This document shows, piece after piece, positions 11,636 to 23,375 of a stretch of 64,000 nt of DNA; the first letter of the stretch is position 1, and the number at the start of each line of letters is the position of its first letter. Made by a program: the position numbers and the translations under genes. Below the pieces are notes generated by a model. The model was not told where the DNA came from. It saw only the letters and a list, made by a program, of their open reading frames with translations, and searched no databases. The stretch covers positions 6,386,001 through 6,450,000 of the forward strand of contig OU015568.1 in the NCBI GenBank assembly GCA_907165135.1, read 5' to 3'. This DNA is from Oikopleura dioica (Eukaryota > Animalia > Chordata).

Positions 11636-14327
11636 ACTTCCGAACTGTAAAATAAACTACTCCACATCTGACTGATTTTTTTAATGAGAAATATAAACAA
11701 AAAAGATCTAAGCTGCGAAAATCTGCTCGCCATAAAATGCATCGATTCCCAGAAAATCCCAAAATTCGATCGATGAAACCCTTTTCAGAAAATTTTTCGC
11801 TGTTTTTCCGCGAAATTCCTCCGTTACGCTTAAAAAAGCGCAAAAAAACGCGACCACAAGAAGAATGGATGACTGTTTGGGGTTGAACCCTAATCTTTGA
11901 TCTCACAGCGCGTTATTTAGGTACTTGAAAATGTCCCTTGTGTTTTCATATTTTAGCCTGTGTGGGAGACGAAATGTCGGCGGACATGCAAGTGCTTTTG
12001 AATACAGCGCGAAATTTTCGACTTTGACCATTTGAATTTCTAATTGTCAAGGGCGCGGTGTGAACAAAGAAGAGGGTTGAAATATTTATGATAAAGGGAG
12101 CGAAGCCTTATTTGCCTAAATAACACGACTAGCTGGTATTTACACTTATATGGGGGCTATCGTGGCTCTCACGATTATCACCGTCAGGGTCACTGGCCTA
12201 ATTAGGGGGTCATTACATAGCTACAGGGTCACACGAGCGAGCGAATACTGAGAATTCAAACAAAACAGCATCTTAGCAAACAGCGGGGAGGCCGTTTATT
12301 TCGCCGAAGAGGGGCCAGAAGGTGAAAATCTGATCATCCAAGTGGGGGGCACTTGAGTCTCGAGCGATCTTTATCATCCTCTGAGCCCCTCTGTGCCGTT
12401 GAACACACAGCGGCTAGGGCGGGCCGTTGACCGTAAACGAGGACGAGGAGGCTTTTGCTTAGTGAAATCACCCTCCCATGCAAAAGCACCATGCTCAAGC
12501 TCTTGTTTCCACTTGTCGCAGTATTGTAATCAGGCGCCTCAAATGCTCAAAATGGAATTTCAATTCCTGCTCCCAGGGATCAAATCTTGGTTTTCACGGT
12601 CAATGGATTGCGGAAGTCCATTTCAAAGACGGACGCAAGGTCAAGGAAAACGGACAGTCGTGACAAACGATTCAGGTCACGTGGGACAGACGAGACAATG
12701 AGTATGGAACAAATCGAATTCGTTTGATCCCGCCGCGGCTAAGCGGTCTTGATGTGCCGAGCAATAATTAGTAAAAACTGCGCGCGCAGCAGGGTACGAA
12801 AGTGCCCTAAATCAGTCAATACAGTCAGGGCTCAGCCTTCTTTATAATTCCCAGACGCCGAAAAATTTCTGATTTGATGGGTTGGAGAAACCTCCTGCTG
12901 GGATTCGTTAATTCGAGAAACGGAAAAAATCATAAATCAGTCTTTTTTCATCAAAACGAAAGAAGGAAGTTTAAGGCTGAGGATATCCGATCTGGGTGCG
13001 GCGGGTGGATAATCGATGGGTATCCTCTTGTGATGGGCCCCTTGAATATCGTTTCCGGCTGCCCCCGTGACTGATTGACCAGAACCTCTCAACGTCTCTC
13101 TTGCATAATGCACAAAACAGAAAATACGGCCTGATGACCCGGATGTACTAAGTAGCGCGTACTTTGTTTCACCAGGCTAATAGTAAGATGGTCTAAATCC
13201 CTCCTCGCCTTTTCCCAGCCGTTTCCAAAGCGGAAACTGCCGTCTGGGGTCATCCCTTATTGTGTGGATACCCTCTCGGGATTATTATTCGATAAACCCT
13301 TCACCAGTCGCCCGAGTACACAAAAAACTCAAATAATAATCCTCAGATCCTGCCGACTACAGACTGGCGCCCAGACAAATAATTCTACACTACTCAGAAA
13401 TAAAACAATTTAGGCCCCGATCGGAATAATTTACAACCCTGCTTGAGACCGAGCAATTTCGAGGCCACGTTTGACGAGTTTGGTGACGATTTGTGACTGA
13501 TTCATTTTGATAAAAAGCGATCCTCGCCGGAAATGGGGCGCATCGTAAATCCGGAAAGAAAAAGCGGTGCTTATCGAGCCCACGGGATGAGGAAATCGCC
13601 AACAGTGGATGGACCGGGCCAGATAAGCTTAAGGGCTTCCCTGCGATTCCCGATTGTTGCGTTTGATCATCAGTTTTGCAAGCACTTCCGAAAAGCCCTG
13701 GGAGATAGCAAAATTCTAGCGCAAGAATGTTGCGTGACATAACTTTTTCTTTGAAAATCCAACTGATGTCGCCGTTTTTACCAAATAAATGGTCATAACA
13801 TGCAAATGGGTTGAATTTGGATTGAAACTTTGAAAGCCTAATTTTCCCAGCAGCTGATCTTGTTCCTGCCCCAGCTTATGGAGCCACACTAAAGTGCTCC
13901 AATATTCATTCGCGTCTTTGTTTCATCCCCTCTTGATTTTTATTCACCGGCGTGATTCCCTGGTGGGCTCAGTGTCTCCACATCAAAGCGCGGATTTAGA
14001 TATTTCAAATCGCTCCTTATGCGATTCGCGCGATATTCCAGCAGGTACCCACGTCATCATCGAGTCCTAATCCTCAAAAGAATGATTTCGACCACCGAGG
14101 GCTCAATTAGGGATTTGCGAGATTTGGGGCGGCCCATCCTCACAATCACAGAAGGGCTTTATCGAGTGTATGGGGCTGGGAATCGGAGATTTTCAAAACT
14201 TTACCCTCGCAAATTTCAAACACTATCGGAGAGATGAAATTTGACAGGTTGGTATTTACTCGATTAGGAGGATTAAGAACGTTCAGTTTCCGATCCATGA
14301 GAAAACTGAGGCTCCGATTGGCATCCT

Positions 14328-14492
14328 GTGCAGAAAACCTGAGTCAGGATTTGAAAGAGCTGAACTCGAAAGTATGGTAAAGACATTCAGATGGCAATTC
14401 TGACAAAGCCGCTTCGCGGCTTCGGTTTAAAAAAAGCCGCTGCGCGGCTTTTCAGTTCGGCTCTTCCAAATCCTGACTCAGCTTTTCTGCAC
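14328..14492. mobile_element. MITE-like foldback, CCTGAGTCAGG family
   Basis: Arms gtgcagaaaacctgagtcaggatttgaaagagctgaact and agttcggctcttccaaatcctgactcagcttttctgcac. The internal aaagccgct(g/a)cgcggcttttca is shared with the 15371 copy. Confidence 0.75.
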
Positions 14493-15370
14493 CCTGAGCC
14501 CAGAGTTAGGGTGGGTTGTATTAAAAGATCGAGCTATACAAACAAAAAAAGGATAGTTTACCATACAAAGATCTCCATCGAGTTGATATTTACCCAACTT
14601 TTTTCCGCGAAAAAAAAATCGGAAATTCAACAAAAGCGGAAATTCTGAATTTGTTTTGCGCGAGCACTCACTTGTGTACTCTGAAAAGAGGTTTTGGAAG
14701 GCAGGGACCGAGCGGCAAATTGAAACTCGCTGAGCAAAGCATTTCCGTTTTCTGGGAACGTCGACAAACCACATTTTCCGGTGCGCTCGCCTCACACGAG
14801 CCGCTCTTCTTCCCAAGCTCCTCTGAGCGGCTCCGGCTGTTTAGGCTTTGGCGACATTCAAAAGGAGCCGTAAACAATGTTAGAAGGCGTCGAATGTCCC
14901 CAAACATGGCCACAGAAGCATGCTCGAGTACATACACCCTTAGTATGCCTTCTTTTTCAAATTCCAACATTCGAATTTCGAAAAAAGGAATAATCCTCAC
15001 CAAGCACCAAAATATGCACAAGTTCCCATGGTCGCCATTTTCGCATTTTTCGAGGCGCTCGAATTTGGATTTTCTGGGGAGGATTACACCTCCCAGTTCC
15101 GCGAAATACACGCGATAGTTATGTTTATAAAATTTTAAAATATTCGCGACGTTGAACCCTCCAAGCCAAAATAAACGGCCTAAATGGCTAAATAGGCGGC
15201 GCGGAGTGGTCGATAATTGGCAGCTTTGGCGGAAATCGACCAGCTAACCGGAAATATTGGCGCTTATCCACAAATAATACGCAAGAAATTAAATATTCGA
15301 TATTGTAAACAGCTGAGCTAATTAATCATTTTCTCAAGTGAAACTAATCGAATTTCAGCAATTTCTAAGT

Positions 15371-15599
15371 ATCGAGTTGATTTTTTTTCCTGAACTGGGG
15401 GCAAAAACCTGTGTAGAAAACCTGAGTCAGGGTCTAAACAATCTTTAATGAAAAGCTGGTTTTTTTTGCGCTATTTTGCGGCTTTGTCGAAAAAAAAGCC
15501 GCTACGCGGCTTTTCATTAGGGATCTTTCTTTTCAGACCCTGACTCAGGTTTCCTACACAGGTTTTTGCCCCCAGCTCAGGAAAAAAAATCAACTCGAT
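15371..15599. mobile_element. MITE-like foldback, longest copy of the CCTGAGTCAGG family
   Basis: About 65 bp near-perfect inverted arms (15371-15435 and 15536-15599, two mismatches). Confidence 0.85.
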
Positions 15600-18500
15600 C
15601 CTTAAATTTTAGATATAAATAGATTTGACAGTCGTTTACTCGAAGAAACGCATTCCCATGGGAATCGATCAAGTTCTAGAGCTGTCAGTAGGAGTAGTAG
15701 CATCTCCCGGAGCGCATCGAACACCTGGGTCACCTTTGCCAGTGCGTTGCATCGACCTGCATTTTTTCGATTTTGAAAATTAGGGTCAGTTTGTGCTCTA
15801 ACGCTTAGGTTTGTTGTTTGTGGCCTTTACGGGGCGCAGGTGGCAGACTGGCTCCGCCACCGCAAATGGTCTTTTACGGAACTTGCGCCAGTTTCCGACT
15901 TCATTTCCGGCGCTCACCCGTTTCTGATCCGCCCCAATTTTCAACACATAACACCCTTTTTTCATATCGCTTCCCAAAAATTCGATTATCAAAAATTTCA
16001 AAACCGCTGGAGGAGAAAATTTTATCACAACTAGAAATTGCCACGCGATTTTAATCACATGCAGAAAATGGCTCAAATGGTGGCCTATCTGTGTGAAAAA
16101 TGAAAAATGCTTGAATCAGCGCCAAATATCGTTATCGTTAAAATGTTGATTTTACACTGACAATTACGTAGGAAATTTTATAGTGCAACAACAGGTGCAT
16201 AGTTTTTTATGGGAAGATAAGGAAAATCCTTCTTTTCGGCTAAACCGTTGGTTTTCCAATAACCAGGCCTTCTGGCCGAATAACTGCTACAGGATTAGAC
16301 AGACTGGTAGGTGTTTGAGTCTGTCCAAAAATTGGAGGCAGCTGTCAACCCTCTCCCCAGACTCCAGAAAATGGATTAGCTGCACACGCGCTGCATGCGC
16401 CCCCTTAAGCACTTCAGTATTGACTTTCCAATACTGTAAATTGGATTCCGGTACCAACGGAAACTGGATCTATCCAAGCCCCTTGGCATTCGATTTTCAA
16501 TTCGACCACTTGGACCTTTTTGATCTCAAGGAGCTGGATTCGTCAGTCTACGAGCTGTCTGGTAGACACAACAGTAGACAGCCGTTAAACTGTCGGATTA
16601 CTGTTGTCCGAAGGCGAGAAGAGTATTTGACAAGTCGACTTTGACTTTTTGACTCTTTTTGTTGGCGATTAAACTTTTTCGTTCTTTCGATATTTGTTTG
16701 GTGGCTCCACAATTTGGAAACCAAAAATTGCTGTTTGCCCCGGCCTCAGACAATGTGTCAATTGAGGGGTTTAGGAAAGAATGGAAGCATAGCATAACCA
16801 CTTATTAGCTGTTGCAATTATCGGCTAGCGTTTCCGCTTCCGAGTGTTTTCCCTCATGCCTATCAAAATTAAAATTAAAGCCACCAGGGCCTTTTGGCTC
16901 ATCAAAAAAGAGAGGCTCATGTATTTTAGGACAGTCTCTTTTTATTGAAAATCCTCAGTCAGGCTGAAAATAATGAGCTATAAATTTCACCTCCGATGCC
17001 AATATTTTTCCACGTGACAATCCCTAACACTCTTTCTCCTTTCTCCCTAAAATAGTAGCAAGTTCATAAATCCGCACCCAGATTTCCCAGTAAGCAATTA
17101 ATACCTGTGCAACTGTGCATATAAAACACGCAAACAAAGGGCAATTAAATCCGGCGAAAAATCCGTGGAACCCCCTCTGAAAACAGCTTGTTTCTAATTG
17201 TTTACTAAAGTACTAGCAGCCTTTGTTGAAAAGTTTTTATTGTCAAAAAATTTCAAATATTTTGTTGTTCGAGAAAAGTTTTAAGCGCACTCAGTGGCGA
17301 GTGCCAGCTGCTCAGAAGGGGTTGTTCTTTTCAGCAGCTGTGAATGCGAAACGAACGGGCTCAGGAATCTTTGCCAGTTATTTTTTTGGAACAATACTTT
17401 TTCTTGCATTTTTCAGTTTTGAATTTTCAGTGTTTCGATTTTGCGTCAATTTTTAATTTTTCAGTTGCCAAGCCGCAAAATCCTGAAGCGCCGGAGCAGG
17501 TGTTAATCCCGTTCGATCGAGCTCAAAGTCATACAGTAACACCTGCTCCTCGCGCCTGTAATTGCTGATTAGTGCACCTCGTGTTTAGTATCGACGCCTC
17601 CAATCTAGAGCCGTTAACGTTCTTTGATCCGATCTTTGCAAAGGGGCGTGCGCGAACATCTACTGACCTACTTGCTAAATGGCGGATTAGACATCAAATT
17701 TAAGATTTACAGGGATTAGATGCTTTTGATCCTCGAGCAGTCGTGTTTGATTTTTGCACCTGGAGTTGCCGAAAATAGGTTAATTTTGAACTGAATTAGG
17801 GAGGGGCTAAAAATAAACTTGATAAAGCTAGAAAATTAACCCCCCAATTACCTTTTGACCCTTTTAGACAGAAAAACCAATTTTTGGTCGGATTTCGAGG
17901 CATTTTCGGACAATTCTAACCCCTTTAGTTTTTGATAAACTTAACCCTTTCCAGCCAGAAAGACTTTGAAACCGTGGACGAAAGTTTAACCCTAAGCCTT
18001 CAATTAACCCTTTTAGACCAAAAGGTACATTTTGCTTGTTTTTCCAAAAGCCTGAAAGTGCACATTCTAATCCTATCGGCCAATCTAACGGGGTTAGTAC
18101 GGGCATTTCATCTAAATCTGTATTTATTTTCGAATCGGCCCAGTCCGAGAGCACAGGGAGCTAGGCACCAAAAAACCGGTCGGTCGCCAAAATAAACTTT
18201 GCCCTTTCAAATTTCTCCCCTTTTTTGCTTGAGCTTGCGCAAGAGCGCGTTTGTGGTTCCTCCGGGTTTCACCAAAGAGTGTTTCACCAAGCACGTGACC
18301 TCTTTGAGGACAAAAGGCGAGCTTATCCGGTAGTGAGCCACTGGTTTAGGGGTGAAGCGAGATTTTGAGGTCAGCGTCGGAAACCCACCCTTCCACTTCC
18401 GTTTTTGAAAATCGATTCCGAGAACTTCTCGGCTCAAGCTGATCCCGTGACACTGGCCGTGACCATAAAGGCATGATCGTCTAGGAGACAAACCGAGAAG

Positions 18501-19094
18501 CGGAACCGGAAAGCCCGCAACTTTCCGACATAATGACGAGCTTATCTTCCGCCGGGCGGATAGGCCCGTTGATGTTGCCCAGCTCGGTTTTAGAAATCAT
18601 CGTTACTTTTAGAAAAAAGCCCAGAAATCATCGTTTGACACATTTCGGTCACGTGAGCAGATCAAAGGCGAATAATTTTCACCACCGAAAAGAAGGGGGT
18701 GAAATAATTATATGGGTCCTTACCACCAAAAATGAGCAAGTACCGAACTTTGGCCAAATTCTTAGCAACATCCAATTGAGCTCTTCAAAAACGGCTCATC
18801 CCCCGGAATAAATATAATAAAAAGATTTGGGCGTGTGAAGCCCATATGCGTATTTATTCATTCAACAATCGTCAAAATCGTCCTGCGGATCCTTAAAAAT
18901 TGCATTTCCGGTTTGCCGAAATTCCGGAATGGAATTTCCAACTTTACTTTTTCAAATTCAATATTTATCGGCGACATTTGTTTGATCGAATGAGTTTGGT
19001 GGCAGTGGGAATGTGTCGTTCGGTGGGCACTGAGCCGACGGGTTAGTAGCATTACTTGAAAAATGCCTATTGCCCTACCTGCCCAAAAAGCTGG

Positions 19095-19222
19095 TTCAAA
19101 TCGCCCGCCAGGATCTTTGCGCACTTAGTGTGGTACGGCCGCTCTCTGGCGCCGCGGCGAGACCAAGCCAAACTAAGCACGTTAAGCCAATCGATAAGCG
19201 CCCTGGGACGCCTGTGGCCAAT
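19095..19222 (-). promoter_or_regulatory. CDE/CHR element with two CCAAT boxes (G2/M-type promoter module)
   Basis: The minus strand reads TGGCGG-gcga-TTTGAA (19110-19095), the same layout as the human CDC25C CDE/CHR. CCAAT boxes at 19187 and 19218 are 31 bp apart. Confidence 0.55.
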
Positions 19223-19727
19223 CTTGCCGAGCGTGGGCGGCAGCTGCGCGCAAAGTTTGAGCGCAACCCTGGCGCGCGAGATACCCCAGCACACATTTCA
19301 AAACCAGTGCCAACGAGCGGAAAGCCACAGAAACTCCAATTCACAATTTACAACCAACTTGTTTCATATTTTAACAGCTTTGGAAGATTTATAAAGAGAT
19401 TCCAGCAGAAGCCTTCAGAAATAAAGAACCAGAAAACACGGCCAGTCCACTAAAAATACTGTAAGTACTTTTAAAAAACTCAAAAAGTTAATATTTCCAA
19501 GTTGATCCTAGTCTAAATTTCTATAGGCCCACTTTAGTCTAATGCGAAATAAGGGTAGTCTTCCTTGATTTCACAGTCTCACATTCTGACCATTTTCAAA
19601 TGTTTTTTTTTAAATCAATGTTAGAAAAATTTTAATAGTAGTATTTAAACACTATAAAAGTTATACAAAATATAGTATCATAATTATATGGCCATATATA
19701 ATATCATGACTCATCGAAATCATCAGT

Positions 19728-19844
19728 GTCAGGATGGCCGAGCGGTCTAAGGCGCCAGACTCAAGCCCTATGCTTGCGCTGTATCAGCGTGCCGAGTGTT
19801 CTGGTCTCCGATTGGAGGCGTGGGTTCGAATCCCACTTCTGACA
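19728..19844 (+). tRNA. tRNA-Leu(CAA) with a 33 nt intron
   Basis: GTCAGGATGGCCGAGCGGTCTAAGGCGCCAGACTCAAG, intron 19766-19798, then TTCTGGTCTCC...GGAGGCGTGGGTTCGAATCCCACTTCTGACA. A T-run terminator follows at about 19849. Confidence 0.95.
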
Positions 19845-19893
19845 CATATTTTTTCATCCCTTGATAAGTAACGAGTTCCTAGTCAAGTCATAA

Positions 19894-19948
19894 ATTGGCC
19901 TTGACGGGCGAAACCAGGTCAAATGCTGCCTCACACGTGTTATAAATA
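19894..19948 (+). promoter_or_regulatory. Putative proximal promoter of cdc25
   Basis: ATTGG at about 19894, E-box CACGTG at 19934-19939 and TATAAATA at 19941-19948, about 100 bp upstream of the ATG. Confidence 0.4.
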
Positions 19949-20046
19949 GCTCCCCCGCTGGGTGACATTCAGGTCACCTGGCCTTGCGCCTTGGTCTTTA
20001 GCCTTTCTCGATTTTTAATTTATATTTAGCCGCAAATATTGCAAAT

Positions 20047-21807
20047 ATGGCGTTGACCCCCATCCGCCGGCGTCTCCAGCTGTCCGACATTTCCTCCGAC
20101 GGCTCTAGCCTCGGCCTCAACCTCTCAGCCATGTCTGACGATGTCTTCACTCCCCTTCCTTCCCTCGATTTGCCAACCGACTCGCCAAAGATCGGAAGCA
20201 ACAATCGTGTCCGCAGCGTTTCATCCCCTTTTGCCTCGCCACTCGCCTTGGCCAACCACAAGACAACGCTCACTTCAAGTCCACTCAGGCCATTGTCCGG
20301 CTCATCCCCCACCAAGGGACTCAAAGGCCTCGGCTTCAAAGTCGTCCGCAAGCGCCGATCGACCTTCAACGATTTCGCAGTGTCCAAGGCAAAGAACTTC
20401 CGCACCTCCAGCCCGCTCAAGCCAAAGAACAAAAACATCGTCGCCGCTCCATCTGTGCCCGATAGAGCCGCTGTCGACGACTATGTTCTCAAAGAGGTAA
20501 AGAGCAGCGATAACAACACACAAAAATACAAAAAGATAAAAGCGGCGTTAACAGATTTCTAACTGTATTGTTTCAGGACAACCTCTGCTCCACCCTCGAT
20601 AACAGCGAGTCTTTCAAGAAGCTCGAAAGCGCCGATATTATCATCAAGCGACCGCGGCTGAAACTCGGCCAAAGACGGGCTCCTCGGCCAGCGCCAGCTG
20701 ATCGGGCTGCCGCTCCTTCCAATCCCAACGAGTCGCCCATTTCCTTCCGGACCAAGTAAGCAAACCCTCCAAGCGAAGAGGAGCACCCTCCCCCACCCCG
20801 TAAACAAGGCGTCTTTGTACCCCGACCGCAGCGGCTCTCTTTGATACGCATCATTGAGGTCACTTTCGCCTTTCCCACCTTTACAGTCCCAATTTACAAC
20901 TAGGTCACGTGCAACAGTCACTAACGCGTTATTTCAGGCGATGTCTGAGCCTCCGCTCTCCCACGAGCTGCGCCTCCCGGGACATCCGAAGACGCAACAA
21001 ATCCGTCAACGACTTCAACATGCCGAAGAAGAATTCGATCGATGCGATCAATCCGCTCATGGATCGGGGCGATCTCGTCGGCGACTTCTCCAGGAAGCAA
21101 GCTTTGCCCACCACAACCGCCGGTCGACACTCCGACTTGAAATACATCTCCACCCAGACGATGGTCGACATGCTCCAAGGCAAAATTCCAATTGGTAAGT
21201 TAACACCTCAGCTTTTGCTTGTTTTACTCAGAATTTTGGACAAACACTGGCCAAAAGGATAAGCCCCAGCGCGAGTGTAGAATTTCACTAGCAATTTCTC
21301 GCTCAGCTGGAACGTTTTCAAAATTGATAAAACAAAAATTATTATAAGATGATTGTGATCTTTACGCTCAATTTAGACTACCTCATTGTTGACGCCCGCT
21401 ACCCGTACGAGTACAACGGCGGCCACATCAAAGGCGCCAAGAATCTCTACACCAAAGAACTGCTGGAAAACTACATGTACCAGAAGTCGCCATTCAACCC
21501 GAACCCAAAGCCGTTGAAGAAGCAAGTGATCATCTTCCACTGCGAGTTTTCCGTCGAGCGCGGCCCCGCTATGCTCAAGTACCTGCGCAAAATCGACCGA
21601 GCGCGCAACCAGTATCCCACTCTTGACTTTCCCGACATCTACCTCCTCAAGGGCGGCTACAAGCAACTCTACCTCGACTTTACCTCTGCCACGGACGTCC
21701 ACAGCGGAACCTACGCGCCGATGATCGACGCCAAGTACACCAAGGAGCTCCGCCACTTCCGACGCAAGTGCAAAACCCTCCCCGCTGGCAAAATGCTCGG
21801 CTTCTGA
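20047..21807 (+). CDS. cdc25: Cdc25 M-phase inducer phosphatase (4 exons)
   Basis: Rhodanese-type catalytic domain with IVDARYPYEYNGGHIKGA, HCEFSVERGP (CX5R) and YLLKGGY. Ser/Pro-rich N-terminus. GT-AG introns at about 20497-20577, 20756-20938 and 21195-21378. Confidence 0.95.
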
Positions 21808-22730
21808 GTTGATCTTAGAAGCAAAACTTTAAAATACATGAAGTTCAACTAATTGCTATTTTCATGTGACTGAATACTGATACTGAATACTGTTGATTTT
21901 CAAACTTCGAAAACGCAAACTTTCAAACTTTACCAAAAAAATTCTCCTCCTTGTTTTCTGAAAATCAGCGGTAAATCAGCAAGTTTCTACCTCTTCTTGT
22001 AAATAATTTCCTTTTGTGTGTCTTTTGGTTTCTTACCTCTTACTTGTACCCAGGATGACTTTTGTACTTCAACTTTACAGAACTGAACCAACTTTAGCAT
22101 CAAAGTTACCAATAAAACTTTTTTTTCTTCGATTGAAAATATTCTTCTTTTTCTTTTTGCAGCTACTTGCAGGCCACAAATGGAAATTTCAATATATAAC
22201 AACGAAGACCCTCGGACGGGACTCGAAAAATGAATAACCAGAATTAAGGACCTGCAGGTCGAAAACGCTAGAAACAAGGAATTCAGAGTGTTGTACCACC
22301 CAGTGAACTGGTAAAAGCAAGGCAAGGATGGTTCAAGTTTAATAATAAAATCACAGTAATCCGTGGGAATAATCATTTGCGGGAGCAATTGACTTGCAAA
22401 TCGGCGGAACATCTAGCCGCGATTTGAATTTCAAGAGGCGAAATCCTCGCGAGTACAAAACCGAAACCGCCTCATCCGGTTTTTATCCACTGTGAAAGAG
22501 GTCACTGCCCCGTCACGCTCAAAGCCTTGCGCGGAACAAAATACACATCCCCCGAGTCCGGTAAATACCCTTACACCGATTGATCCACGGGCGATTACTT
22601 CTTCTAAACCTAAACATCGCATAATGTGCCCCATATTGGGAGGTTCAATAGGCTCGGGAAAATAAAGCCAGAAATTGTGAAGTTCATCAAATATCTAAAA
22701 AAGGGTTGAAATCGACCCCATGGGCTCAAG

Positions 22731-22819
22731 AACCTGTGTGGAAAACCTAAGTCAGAGTCTGAGAGATCTTTTATGAAAGAAGAGTTTTTCAGACCCTGAC
22801 TCAGGTCTTTACACAGGTT
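22731..22819. mobile_element. Short MITE-like foldback, CCTGAGTCAGG family
   Basis: Arms aacctgtgtggaaaacctaagtcagagtct and agaccctgactcaggtctttacacaggtt. Confidence 0.75.
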
Positions 22820-23375
22820 GCCGAGCAAGGCGACCTAGAGAAGGACCTTTGGTATGACTCGAAAAAGTTAAGCCTCTTGAAACGGTATTTTTATATTTTG
22901 AAAATGAAAGATTTGTTGAACTTGTTCTTGACAAATCCGCTTCCTCATTTCGCCGGAACACGGCGCCAATTTGACCGGCTGGTATTTGGAGAAAAATTTA
23001 AATTCGAATATTTTTAATCCGCTTTACTCGCGCTCCCCGGCGTGCGAAAATTGTCAACCCCGCGCACTCGCACTCTCGAAAAATATTTAGCGCTTATCTG
23101 CAACTTGGTCTTGCGGTTGTTTATAATTCCAAAGATAAACAGGTTATCCGTGTTAGTGAAACTTGACAAAATTTTCGCGGGCTTCACAGCTTGCTCGGGC
23201 ATTCTTCCGAAATCCCTCTTCAAACCAAAACATGAAATATTTTGATAAGATGATGTAAGCCCTGCTTTTTTGAAAATAATTATTAGGCAATTTTAATTTC
23301 CTGCAAAAACTTTGAACAATCAATTTACCGGTTACAACTGTAAGCCGAGCATACAGTAAGATAGGTTGGTTTAAA

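Noticed and set aside
12393-12701. Short ORFs with GQWIAEVHFKDGRK, faintly AP2- or integrase-like
   Set aside because: Only about 60-100 codons, no supporting splice structure or neighbouring retroelement domains.
13130-13190. CTGATGA as a possible hammerhead ribozyme core
   Set aside because: No purine after CUGAUGA and no stem II followed by GAAA.
14651-16644. ORFs of 147-155 aa (14651-15118 +, 14668-15111 -, 16183-16644 +) as genes
   Set aside because: No family motifs, overlapping opposite-strand ORFs and no convincing exon chain; cannot be excluded without RNA data.
19056-19453. GC-rich overlapping ORFs near 19.1-19.4 kb
   Set aside because: ORFs on both strands without motifs; the GC richness is better explained by promoter elements.
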